From contig CAZNZM010000001.1 in NCBI GenBank assembly GCA_964577555.1, positions 157,942 to 171,285 of the forward strand: a stretch of DNA of 13,344 nucleotides, read 5' to 3'. The translations under genes were made by a program, and so were the position numbers. Under the pieces are notes generated by a model. It was not told where the DNA came from. It was given only the letters and a program-made list of their open reading frames with translations, and ran no database searches. This document shows positions 1 through 8,116 of the stretch, in pieces (position 1 is the first letter of the stretch; the number at the start of each line of letters is the position of its first letter). Source of the DNA: an uncultured archaeon (GTDB lineage Archaea; Iainarchaeota; Iainarchaeia; Iainarchaeales; Iainarchaeaceae).

Positions 1-279
1 TCAAGTTGTTTTTTTTGTTTGTTTTTGGTGAGCCATTTTTTGTGGTCATTTTTTGCCATTATTTTTTTGTTTTTAGAGGTCATATTTTTATTTTTTTAAC
101 AAATTTGATTTTTTTTGTCTTGGTGTTTTTGTGTGTCAAGTTTTTGGCTTTTTTATTTTTTCGTGGTTTTTTAGAGATTTTGTTTTCTTTTTGGCTAGTT
201 TTGCGGTTTTGTTTTTCGTTTTTTTGTCATTAGTTCTGTTTTAAATTAATTATTATTTATTTATTACGGGTGTTTTTTT

Positions 280-2487
280 TTGGTTAGGTTGTGTTGGTTT
301 GTTTGGTTTGTTTTGTTTTTGCCTTTTTGTTTTTCTACAGCTCCGCAAATAACGTATATTTCTCATTTGCCTGACAAGTGGAATAGTTCTTCAAGTATAA
401 TTGCTAATTTATCTTATCCTGGTGTTGATTATTTTTTAGTTGTTATTGATAAATCTTCTGATACTGTTCCCTCTGAATTAGATGGTCATTCCAAAGTTAT
501 TGAGCCTTCTAATAATAAAGTTGTGCTTGGTACTAAGGATGATGGGGAGTGGTGGGTGCATGTTAGGGCAAAGGCAGGTGGCAAGTTAAGTGATACTGCG
601 CATGTTAAGGTAAAGATTGATTCTGTTGGTCCTTTTTATCCTGGTTCTTTTACTGCTGTTGCTCTTGATGATGGTTCGATTAAGCTTGAATGGTCTGATT
701 CTAAAGATGAAATGTCTGGAGTGGCTTTTTATGATATTTATCGTAGTAATGTTAGATTTGTTACTGAGGAGTTTGGTGGGGTTATAAGGACGAGGGATTT
801 TACAATAAAGGACAAGGTTGTTTCAAAGGTTGCTTCTGGTGTCAAAGGCAATTCTTTTATTGATTCTAATTTTGATAAAGGTAAGGGTTATTATTATCAT
901 TATAAAATTGTAGCTACTGATGGTGCTGGCAATCTTGGCAAGGTCAGTCCTGCTGTTTCTGTCAAGTCTGCTTCTTTTTGTGAGTTTAAGGTTTCCATGG
1001 ATGTTTTGTTGGAAGATTTTGATTTGAAAATTTTGGTAGGCACTTCTCAGAATTTTAGTGGTGGTAAATTAATTGTTACTGATCCTTCTGGTTCAAGTAG
1101 TATTGTTGTTGAGAATGTTTCTGGCAGGAATTCTGTTGATGCTAATTATTCTCTTGAAGGCAAGGTTAATGGCGATTATAATGTGTCGTTTGTTTCTTTT
1201 GATAAGCGTGCTAATATTTGTTCTAAGTCTGTGATATTTTCATATGATACTGTACCCCCTGTCGTGAATTTTTTGAGCCCTGCTAATAATTCTCCTCTTT
1301 CTGGTGTTGTAAAACTTGAAGCTTCTGGTAATGATGGTGGTGTAAATCCTTCTGGCATTGTTTCGTTGTCTTTTTTTATGAAAAAGTCGTCTGGGGAAGT
1401 TAAGATAGGTGATGCTGTTTTTTCTAATGGCAAGTTTTTGTTTGATTGGAATACTTTGGGTTATGAGAATGGCAGGTTTGAGGTTGTTGCAAGGGCGTTT
1501 GATAAGGTTGGTAATAAGGGTGAGGCTTCTAAATCTTTTTCAATTTATAATGCTGATTATATTAAGGTTAGTGTCGCTAGTTATATTGAGGATGCCAATC
1601 GTAAGAGGTCAGAATCTGTTTTGCTTTTGGATTCTCTTTCAAAGAAAGGTATTAATGTAGGCAAGTTGCGTAATATTCTTGTTGGTGCTGATTTGAATTT
1701 TTTTGATGCTGTTTCAATGTTTCAATCTTCTGAGTTTGAATTGGCAAATAATAGGGTTTCAAAGGCTGTTGTTGCGTATGATTATGTTTTGAATGCTGTT
1801 AAGATTGAAAATTATGGTTCTGGTTTGTATTCTTATAATGTTAATCAATTGGATGTTTTGCTTTCTGGTTCTGGTTTGGACAAGTCTCTTGTTCCTGAAG
1901 CTTCTGTTTTAATAAAAAAGTTTAATCCTTCAAGGGTAGTGAATTTGTTAAAAGTTGATTTTGATTCTAATTCGTATTATCTTGCTACTGTTGATGTAGT
2001 GTTTTCTTTGGATGGTAATTTTGGAAAAGTTAAGGTTGTTGAGTTGGTGCCTAAAAAGTTTGTGTCTGATGCTAATATGATTTTTTCTTCTTCTCGTTTT
2101 GAAGTGTTGGATAGGGATCCTGTTTTGTTGTTTTATGTTGATTCTAATTTTGGGAAGGATGTTAATATTACTTATATGATTAATAAAGAGCTTACTAAAA
2201 GTCAGGCTGATGCTTTGTTGGATGCCAATGTTTGGGGTTTGTGGGTTTCGCCGCCTATTTTGGTTTCTGAAAAGTCTGTTGTGAAAGGATTTTCTGGCAA
2301 TTCTGGGGTTAGTAATTTGAATTTGCCTGATTTTAAGATTGAAAAGATTGATAATAAGGTTTGGTTGTTTGGCGGTTTATTTTTGTTTATTGTTTTTATT
2401 TTGTTTATTTTTATTATTGTTTTGGGTGTTGTTGTTTATTATTTGTTTTTCAAGAAGAAAAATGGTGGTTTGCATAGTTTTAGATGA
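280..2487 (+). CDS. Secreted/membrane-anchored protein with fibronectin type III and Ig-like domains
   Basis: 735-aa ORF starting at TTG (280) with a GGGTG SD-like sequence upstream. It has an N-terminal hydrophobic signal-like segment (MVRLCWFVWFVLFLPFCFS), an FnIII-like segment (GSIKLEWSDSKDEMSGVAFYDIYRS...YYYHYKIVATDGAGNLGKVSP), an Ig-like segment (PPVVNFLSPANNSPLSGVVKLEA..DGG), a membrane-proximal segment (VELVPKKFVSDANMIFSS...DPVLLFYV...ITYMINKEL) resembling domains of archaeal secreted proteins, and a C-terminal transmembrane helix followed by basic KKK. Confidence 0.85.
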   Translation: MVRLCWFVWFVLFLPFCFSTAPQITYISHLPDKWNSSSSIIANLSYPGVDYFLVVIDKSSDTVPSELDGHSKVIEPSNNKVVLGTKDDGEWWVHVRAKAGGKLSDTAHVKVKIDSVGPFYPGSFTAVALDDGSIKLEWSDSKDEMSGVAFYDIYRSNVRFVTEEFGGVIRTRDFTIKDKVVSKVASGVKGNSFIDSNFDKGKGYYYHYKIVATDGAGNLGKVSPAVSVKSASFCEFKVSMDVLLEDFDLKILVGTSQNFSGGKLIVTDPSGSSSIVVENVSGRNSVDANYSLEGKVNGDYNVSFVSFDKRANICSKSVIFSYDTVPPVVNFLSPANNSPLSGVVKLEASGNDGGVNPSGIVSLSFFMKKSSGEVKIGDAVFSNGKFLFDWNTLGYENGRFEVVARAFDKVGNKGEASKSFSIYNADYIKVSVASYIEDANRKRSESVLLLDSLSKKGINVGKLRNILVGADLNFFDAVSMFQSSEFELANNRVSKAVVAYDYVLNAVKIENYGSGLYSYNVNQLDVLLSGSGLDKSLVPEASVLIKKFNPSRVVNLLKVDFDSNSYYLATVDVVFSLDGNFGKVKVVELVPKKFVSDANMIFSSSRFEVLDRDPVLLFYVDSNFGKDVNITYMINKELTKSQADALLDANVWGLWVSPPILVSEKSVVKGFSGNSGVSNLNLPDFKIEKIDNKVWLFGGLFLFIVFILFIFIIVLGVVVYYLFFKKKNGGLHSFR

Positions 2488-3526
2488 TTATGTCAAGTCT
2501 GTAGTTTCTGAGGTTAATGCTGAGATTTTAAAGTTTTTTCCTAGACGTTTTTCTAAGAAGTGGTGTGAAAGTTCTCTTGGCAATATTGAGTTTGAATTTG
2601 ATTCTGAGGCTTCTCAGAGTGCTTTGTTTGATCCTATTTGGGATTTTTTAGATCGTGGTGGTAAGCGTTGGCGTCCTGCATTGGCTTTGCTTGCGTGTGA
2701 GGCTGTTGGCGGAAAGAGATCAGATGCTATTCCTTATTGTATTATTCCTGAGTTTGTTCATAATGGAACTATAATGGTGGATGATGTTGAGGATAATTCT
2801 GTTTTGAGGCGTGGCAAGCCGTCAACTCATATTTTGTATGGTGTTGATGTTGCGGTTAATGCTGGTAATGCCATGTATTATATTCCTCTTGTGTTGCTTT
2901 TTGGTTCTGGTCTTTCCGATAAAAAGAAGTTGGAGATTTATAATTTGTATGCTAAGTATATGTTGAGGCTTTCTTTTGGACAGGCTTGGGATATTTATTG
3001 GCATCGTGGCAATGGTGTTGTTTCTGAGAAGAAGTATTTGCAGATGTGTGTTTTTAAGACTGGTTCTCTTGCCGCTTTTTCAGCTGGGCTTGGCGGAATA
3101 CTTGGCAATGGTTCTAAAAAGCAGGTTGCTGCTTTGATTCAATTTGCCGAGAGTATTGGTGTTGCGTTTCAGATTCAGGATGATATTTTGAATATTAAAC
3201 CTGAAAATCTTGAATGGGGAAAGGAAATAGGTGATGATATTAAAGAGGGTAAAAGAACTTTGATGGTGGTTCATGCTCTTTCTGTTTTACCCAAATCTGA
3301 AAGAGCCAGGCTTTTAAAAATCATTAATTTGAAGGAAAAGTCTGAAAGTGATGTGGATCATGCAATAAAATTGCTTGAAAAGTCAGGTTCTATTGATTAT
3401 GCAAGGGATTATGCTCGTAGGATTGTTGCAAATAGTTGGAATTCGCTTGATAGGATTTTGCCTGATTCTAAGGCTAAGTTTTTGTTGAAGGATTTTGCTG
3501 ATTATTTGGTTAAAAGAAATATTTGA
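2462..3526 (+). CDS. Polyprenyl synthetase (geranylgeranyl/farnesyl diphosphate synthase-like)
   Basis: Conserved GGKRWRP, first Asp-rich motif MVDDVEDNSVLRRGKPSTH, FGQAWDIYWH, FKTGSLAAFSAGLGG, second Asp motif FQIQDDILNI, and GDDIKEGKRTLMVVHAL. The ORF track starts at 2339, but the extra N-terminus is a frame-shifted reading of the upstream gene's TM region, so ATG 2462 (or GTG 2465) is the likely start. Confidence 0.9.
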   Translation: MVVCIVLDDYVKSVVSEVNAEILKFFPRRFSKKWCESSLGNIEFEFDSEASQSALFDPIWDFLDRGGKRWRPALALLACEAVGGKRSDAIPYCIIPEFVHNGTIMVDDVEDNSVLRRGKPSTHILYGVDVAVNAGNAMYYIPLVLLFGSGLSDKKKLEIYNLYAKYMLRLSFGQAWDIYWHRGNGVVSEKKYLQMCVFKTGSLAAFSAGLGGILGNGSKKQVAALIQFAESIGVAFQIQDDILNIKPENLEWGKEIGDDIKEGKRTLMVVHALSVLPKSERARLLKIINLKEKSESDVDHAIKLLEKSGSIDYARDYARRIVANSWNSLDRILPDSKAKFLLKDFADYLVKRNI

Positions 3527-3780
3527 TTTATTTGATTTTTAGTTGTTTTTTTTATTTTTTTTAGTTTTAAAATTCAGTCTGTTTTTTTGCGAGCCTATTT
3601 TGTTTTATTTTTTGTTTTGTTTTTGTGGTGCTGTTGTTTTTAATTGGAAATTATTTTTTTTGATTGTTTTTTTTGTTTGAAATTTTGTTTTTTTTGCGAG
3701 CCATTTTTTTGTGGGGTTGTTTTTTTTATTTATTTTTTTTGAATTGTTTTTTGTTGTTTTTAATTTTTTATGAGCTGTTT
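3527..3780 (+). terminator. T-rich convergent intergenic region downstream of the polyprenyl synthetase, with multiple T-tracts
   Basis: Many T5-T9 runs follow the stop codon at 3526. Archaeal 3' ends commonly map to U-tracts. It also contains two GCGAGCC elements. Confidence 0.5.
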
Positions 3781-4527
3781 TTATACTTCTTCGTATTCTC
3801 TTTCTACTTTGCTTATTATTACTCCTTTTTCTGTTGTTATTTCTACTGGGTGTAGGTCTTCTGAGTGTTTTGTGGCTCGCATTTTTCTTATGTGCATGGT
3901 TCTGTTGCTTCTGCCTGATCCTAATCCCATATAGTGCAGTGTTATTACTCCGTCTGCTACGAATTCTTCTACTCCATATCTGCTGAATTTGTTGTTGCCT
4001 TCTTCTATTTCTGTTATCATTAGTGTTGTTATTCCCATTTTCATTAGTAAGTAGGATAGTTTTAGAATTGCAGCTCTTATTTGGTTGTCGTTTTCAAAAT
4101 TAAATCCTAGTGCTGGTATTGAATCTATGACTATTCTTTTTGCTCCTATTCTTTTTGTTGCTCTTAATATTTCTAAAAGTAATTTGTCTATGTCGAATCC
4201 TGTTGCTGGCATTGAGAATTCTTCTTCGCTTTGAAGCCCTATTTTTGCTATGCTTCCGTCTATTATTTGGAGCATGTTTTGGTTTTCCAGTGTTCTTATG
4301 TCCCATCCGAATCTTAGCATGTCTTGCCTTACTAATTCAGGTCTTTCGTCTAGTGAGACATATATGCCCGGGTCTTTGTATTTTGTGGCCCCCATGTAGA
4401 GGTATTGCATTCCTATTATTGTTTTTCCCGTGCCGCATGCTCCTGAAATTAGTATTGATCTTCCTTCTGGGAACCCTCCTTCTATTAATTCGTCAAGGCC
4501 GGGCACGCCTGTTTTAACTCTGTTCAT
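3781..4527 (-). CDS. KaiC-like RecA-superfamily ATPase, single domain
   Basis: 248-aa ORF: TGVPGLDELIEGGFPEGRSILISGACGTGKT (Walker A), YVSLDERPELV, RIVIDSIPAL (Walker B-like), and C-terminal R.MHIRKMRATKHSEDLHPVEIT typical of KaiC-like proteins. Confidence 0.88.
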   Translation of the reverse strand: MNRVKTGVPGLDELIEGGFPEGRSILISGACGTGKTIIGMQYLYMGATKYKDPGIYVSLDERPELVRQDMLRFGWDIRTLENQNMLQIIDGSIAKIGLQSEEEFSMPATGFDIDKLLLEILRATKRIGAKRIVIDSIPALGFNFENDNQIRAAILKLSYLLMKMGITTLMITEIEEGNNKFSRYGVEEFVADGVITLHYMGLGSGRSNRTMHIRKMRATKHSEDLHPVEITTEKGVIISKVEREYEEV

Positions 4528-4571
4528 GTTCTCTTTAGATTTTTTTGTGGTTTATAATATTTAAACTTTCT

Positions 4572-4602
4572 TGATTGTTGTCTTTGGTCAATCATTTATA
4601 AA
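4572..4602 (-). promoter_or_regulatory. Candidate promoter region of the KaiC-like gene (TATA-like box plus short dyad)
   Basis: On the minus strand TTTATAAA (4602-4595) is followed by TGATTG-N11-CAATCA (4594-4572), upstream of the start at 4527. Confidence 0.25.
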
Positions 4603-4817
4603 GTAATGTTGTTGTCCTTTATTTTGTTCTTGTTTTTTTTGTGTTTTTATATATTTGTTTAGATTGAAGTTTGATTTGTCTAGTTTTATTTTTTTGCAGC
4701 AATATGGTTGATTTTGTCGGAAGTAATTATTTGCAAAGCTGATATGTTTAGTAAAATTTTATAGTGTGTTGTGTTGTCTTGTTTAGGAATTATGTGTTTT
4801 GGTGTCAGTTTTGTTAT

Positions 4818-6671
4818 TTATGTTCTTATGACTTCTGTTATTCCTTTTATTTCGTAGAGTTTTTTTTCAAGTTCTTCTATTTGTTGTGTGTTTCTTATTT
4901 TGATTACAAAGTCGCAGATTGTCATGTTTTGGGATATTGTTTTTGCAGATGTTTTTGTTATTTGTATTTTGTTTTTTGCGAAAACATCCAGTATTTCTTT
5001 GAGTATCCCTATTCTTTTGTTTGTTGTTATTTTTATTTCTGTTTCGTATTCTTTTTTTTCGCTACCTGTCCAGGTTACTTCTATATTTTTTGATTTTATT
5101 TTTTCTATTTCCTTGCAGTCTATTCTGTGGACTGATATTTTTCTTTTTGTGGTTTTTATTCCAATTACGTTGTCTCCTGGTATTGGGTTGCAGCATTTTG
5201 CTAATCTTACTCTATTGTCTGTAATTTTTATTGCGTTTTTTTGTATTGTTTTTTTTCTTGGTTTTTCTTCTTTGGTCTTTATGTGTAGCATTGCTCTTAT
5301 TTTTTGTTTTGCTTTTGCTGTTTTGACTAGTGAAAGCCATCCTACTTTTGGGGTTTGTTTTTGCGAGGTTATTATTTCTATTACATCTCCGGTGTATAGT
5401 GTTGTGTTTATTGGGGACATTTTGCCGTTTATTATTGCTTTTTGGCATTTGTTTCCAAGTTCGGTGTGTACTGCGTATGCAAAGTCCAGTGCAGTGGCTC
5501 CTTCTGGTAGTTCTATAATTTCTCCTTTTGGTGTTAGTGTGTATATTTCTTTTGTTAGGGCTTCTATTTTTGTTGTTCCTGTTTCTTTTTGCCATTCTAT
5601 TATTTGTTTTATCCATTCTATTTTTTTGTCGTATTTTGAATCTTTTGTTCCTTTATATTTCCAGTGTGATGCCAATCCGTATTCTGCAAAATTTTGCATT
5701 TCTTTTGTTCTTATTTGTATTTCTATTAGGGTGTTGTTGTCTATTAGTATTGTAGTGTGTAGTGATTTGTATCCGTTTTCTTTTGGTTTTGCTATGTAGT
5801 CGTCGAATTCTCCTGGCAGTGGTTTCCAGAGGCTGTGGACTATTCCCAGTGCTTCATAGCATTCTTTTTCTGTTTCGGTTATTATTCTGAGGGCTATTAT
5901 GTCGTATATTTTTTCTATAGGGCAGTTTTTTCTTATCATTTTTTCATTTGTGCTGTAAGCTGTTTTTATTCTTCCATAAATTGTTGCGTTTATTCCTGCT
6001 TTTGTTAGTTCGTTTTTTAGTCTTTCTTTTGTTGTATTGATTTTTTCAGTTGCTTTTTCTTTTATTTCTGATATTTTTTTTTCTAATTGTGCATATTTTT
6101 GCGGTTCTGTTTCTCTGAATGTTATTTCGTTTATTTCAGAGCTTATGGAGTAAATGCCGAATTTGTGTGCCATTTGGGCGTATATTTCTTTTGCTTGTTT
6201 TAGGAATTTTGTTCTTTCATTTTCTGGTAGTTCTTTTATTTTTCTTGCTTTGTCAAGTGCTTCTGCTAGTTGGAGTATGAATATGTTTGGGTTTGTTGCC
6301 ATTACTATTAGTAGTTTTTTTCTTGTTGTTTCTATGTTGTCGTTTTTTGTTGAAAGTGCTTTTTCAAGTTTTTCTTTTTCGTTGATGATGTTTAGTATTT
6401 GTTGTCCGAATTCGTTTTCTACTTCTTTTTCTGGCAAGCCGAGTGTTGTTAGGTTGTGTATGAATCCTGCTATTATCAATTCTTTTTCCATGCCTATTTC
6501 TAAAAGTATTGTTGCAACTGCTATGTTGTGTCTTGCATATATGTTAAGGTCTTTTTTTCCTATTTTGCATGCTTTAGCCAGTAATTCGTAGCCTTTTTTT
6601 ATTTTTTCTGAATTTCCGAATAGTTTTGCGTATTGTTCTGCAAATTTTTCTGTTTCGGCGTGCATTTCCAT
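4818..6671 (-). CDS. relA: RelA/SpoT homolog: degenerate HD domain, (p)ppGpp synthetase, TGS, CC-motif region and ACT domain
   Basis: 617-aa ORF with YGRIKTAYSTNEKM, IYDIIALRII, PGEFDDYIAKPKENGYKSLHTTI, IEIQIRTKEMQNFAEYGLASHWKYK (synthetase); IYTLTPKGEIIELPEGATALDFAYAVHTELG (TGS); RLAKCCNPIPGDNVIGI...SVHRIDC; C-terminal ACT-like IGILKEILDVFAKNKIQI. Confidence 0.93.
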   Translation of the reverse strand: MEMHAETEKFAEQYAKLFGNSEKIKKGYELLAKACKIGKKDLNIYARHNIAVATILLEIGMEKELIIAGFIHNLTTLGLPEKEVENEFGQQILNIINEKEKLEKALSTKNDNIETTRKKLLIVMATNPNIFILQLAEALDKARKIKELPENERTKFLKQAKEIYAQMAHKFGIYSISSEINEITFRETEPQKYAQLEKKISEIKEKATEKINTTKERLKNELTKAGINATIYGRIKTAYSTNEKMIRKNCPIEKIYDIIALRIITETEKECYEALGIVHSLWKPLPGEFDDYIAKPKENGYKSLHTTILIDNNTLIEIQIRTKEMQNFAEYGLASHWKYKGTKDSKYDKKIEWIKQIIEWQKETGTTKIEALTKEIYTLTPKGEIIELPEGATALDFAYAVHTELGNKCQKAIINGKMSPINTTLYTGDVIEIITSQKQTPKVGWLSLVKTAKAKQKIRAMLHIKTKEEKPRKKTIQKNAIKITDNRVRLAKCCNPIPGDNVIGIKTTKRKISVHRIDCKEIEKIKSKNIEVTWTGSEKKEYETEIKITTNKRIGILKEILDVFAKNKIQITKTSAKTISQNMTICDFVIKIRNTQQIEELEKKLYEIKGITEVIRT

Positions 6672-6857
6672 AATAATTTTACTCTTTTAGCTTTATTTTA
6701 GGTTTTGCGTGTTATTGTAAATCTTTGAATTGAACTAATGTGAGGTGTAGCGTCTCTCTTAAAGGTTTTGGAGGTTGGTTTGTATTTTTATTCTGGTGGT
6801 TTTTTTTGGTTTGTTTTTTATTTTAATCGTATTATTTAATTTGTTGGTGAGTTTTTT

Positions 6858-7544
6858 TTGAACTTTCTTTTTGTTAATTTTAAAACTTATGCTGATTCTA
6901 CTGGTTCTAAAGCTCTTGGTCTTGCAAAGTTGTTGGCTACTTTTCAGAGTGGGGAAGTCGATATTATTCCAGTTGTTCAAGTTGTTGATTTAAGGGAAAT
7001 AGCTAGTAATGTTCCGCTTAAGGTTTTTGCTCAGCACGTTGATCCTATTTCTTATGGCGCTCATACTGGGCATGTTCTTCCAGAGGCTCTTGTTGAGGCA
7101 GGCGCTTTTGGTGTAGTGGTAAATCATGCTGAAAACAAGCGTGGTGATGATTTTGTTGAAAGAGTTGTTGGTAGATGTCATGATGTTGGTCTTAAGGTAA
7201 TGGTTTGTGCTGAGTCTATTGATAGGGCCAGGGTTCTTGCAAGGTTTTCTCCGGATTTTTTGGCTGTAGAACCTCCTGAATTGATTGGTGGTAGTGTTAG
7301 TGTTAGTACTGCAAAGCCTGAATTGATTTCTGATTGTGTGAAGTTGATTCGCGAGGTAGATCCAAAAGTAAAGGTTATAACTGGTGCAGGTATTAAGGAT
7401 TCTGCTGATGTTTCTAAAGCTATTGAATTGGGTACTTCAGGTGTTTTTGTTGCTTCTGGCGTGGTTTGTGCTAAGGATAAGGAGTATGCTTTGAGGCGGT
7501 TGTTGTCAGGTTTTCCTGTGAAGTTTGGTCGTGTAATGCCTTGA
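6858..7544 (+). CDS. tpiA: Triosephosphate isomerase, archaeal-type short form
   Basis: 228-aa ORF from a TTG start preceded by GGTGAG. Motifs VNFKTY, FAQHVDPISYGAHTGHVLPE, NHAENKR, catalytic-loop Glu AVEPPELIGG, and ITGAGIKDSADVSKAIELGTSGVFVASG. Confidence 0.93.
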   Translation: MNFLFVNFKTYADSTGSKALGLAKLLATFQSGEVDIIPVVQVVDLREIASNVPLKVFAQHVDPISYGAHTGHVLPEALVEAGAFGVVVNHAENKRGDDFVERVVGRCHDVGLKVMVCAESIDRARVLARFSPDFLAVEPPELIGGSVSVSTAKPELISDCVKLIREVDPKVKVITGAGIKDSADVSKAIELGTSGVFVASGVVCAKDKEYALRRLLSGFPVKFGRVMP

Positions 7545-7710
7545 TTTTTTTGTGAGCCAATTTTTTCTTATTTTTTTGATTGTTTTTTTTGTTTTTGTGA
7601 GCCGTTTTTTTGTCAATTTTTATTTTTTTTTAGTTTAAAATTTGTTTTTTTTTGATTAGTTGGCTTTTTTGTGTATTCATTTTTGGCTTGCTACAATTTG
7701 CTTTTTTTTG
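7545..7710 (+). terminator. T-rich convergent intergenic region downstream of tpiA
   Basis: Multiple T6-T10 runs after the TGA at 7542-7544, plus two GTGAGCC elements. Confidence 0.5.
7596..7640. repeat. Intergenic GNGAGCCG-T7-GTCAATTTTTATTTTTTTT element
   Basis: GTGAGCCGTTTTTTTGTCAATTTTTATTTTTTTTTAGTTT. Close to the diverged copy around 12996-13034 (GGAGCTGTTTTTTTTGTCAATTTTTATTTTTTTTAATTTG) and to the 13149/13290 copies. Confidence 0.6.
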
Positions 7711-8115
7711 TTAAATTGTTATTTTTGTTTCTGTTTTTTTGTTTTTATTTTTTAAGTATTCTATAATTCCTGTTTTTAGTATTGTTAGTCCAAGTAAGGC
7801 GCATTTTTGTCTTGTTTGTATGATGTTTCCTAGTTTTTCAAAAAGATTTTCAGGTGTTATTTGCATTACTTCTTCGATCTTTTTTTCTTTTGCCATTTCA
7901 GTAAGAATTGCAGCTGATGCTGTGCTTATGGCGCAGCCTTTTGATTGGAATTTGATTTCTTCAATTTTTTGGTTTTTTGTTTTAATGTATATTATTATTT
8001 GGTCTCCACATGTTGGATTTCCTCCGCTTGCTGTTATGTCAGAGTTGTCTATTTTTCCTTTGTTAGGCGGGTTTTTGTAGAGTTCAATTATTGTTTCTGA
8101 GAACAGTTCTGTCAT
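7711..8115 (-). CDS. sufU: SufU/IscU-like Fe-S cluster scaffold or sulfur-transfer protein
   Basis: Three conserved Cys motifs: GGNPTCGDQ, KGCAISTASA, RQKCALLGL. N-terminus LFSETIIELYKNPPNKG matches the family. The track gives GTG 8124 as start, but ATG at 8115 has CGGTG upstream with 6-nt spacing and gives the expected N-terminus. Confidence 0.88.
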   Translation of the reverse strand: MTELFSETIIELYKNPPNKGKIDNSDITASGGNPTCGDQIIIYIKTKNQKIEEIKFQSKGCAISTASAAILTEMAKEKKIEEVMQITPENLFEKLGNIIQTRQKCALLGLTILKTGIIEYLKNKNKKTETKITI

Positions 8116-8116
8116 T

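Noticed and set aside
6-233. 75-aa plus-strand ORF MFFLFVFGEPFFVVIFCHYF...
   Set aside because: Phe/Leu-rich translation of T-rich intergenic sequence containing the GAGCC element; no recognisable features.
2339-2461. N-terminal extension of the polyprenyl synthetase ORF (41 aa, Cys/Phe/Leu-rich)
   Set aside because: It overlaps the transmembrane-coding part of the upstream gene in another frame, and family members begin near LDDYVKSVVSEVN. The start is more plausibly 2462.
3781-4527. Circadian clock KaiC system
   Set aside because: Only a single RecA-like domain is present with no kaiA/kaiB neighbours. Single-domain KaiC-like ATPases are common in archaea and need not be clock proteins.
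4680-4760. Possible C/D-box-like small RNA around GGTTGATTTTGTCGG...GCTGATATG
   Set aside because: A CTGA is present, but there is no convincing RTGATGA C box or terminal stem, so it is compatible with chance.
4888-5799. 303-aa plus-strand ORF predicted to be hydrophobic, and similar ORFs at 4764-5093, 5021-5224, 5330-5518, 5528-5755, 6154-6591
   Set aside because: They lie antisense to the clearly coding relA gene. Their F/L/S/V-rich composition is what the T-rich complement of an A-rich coding strand produces, and no family motif is visible.
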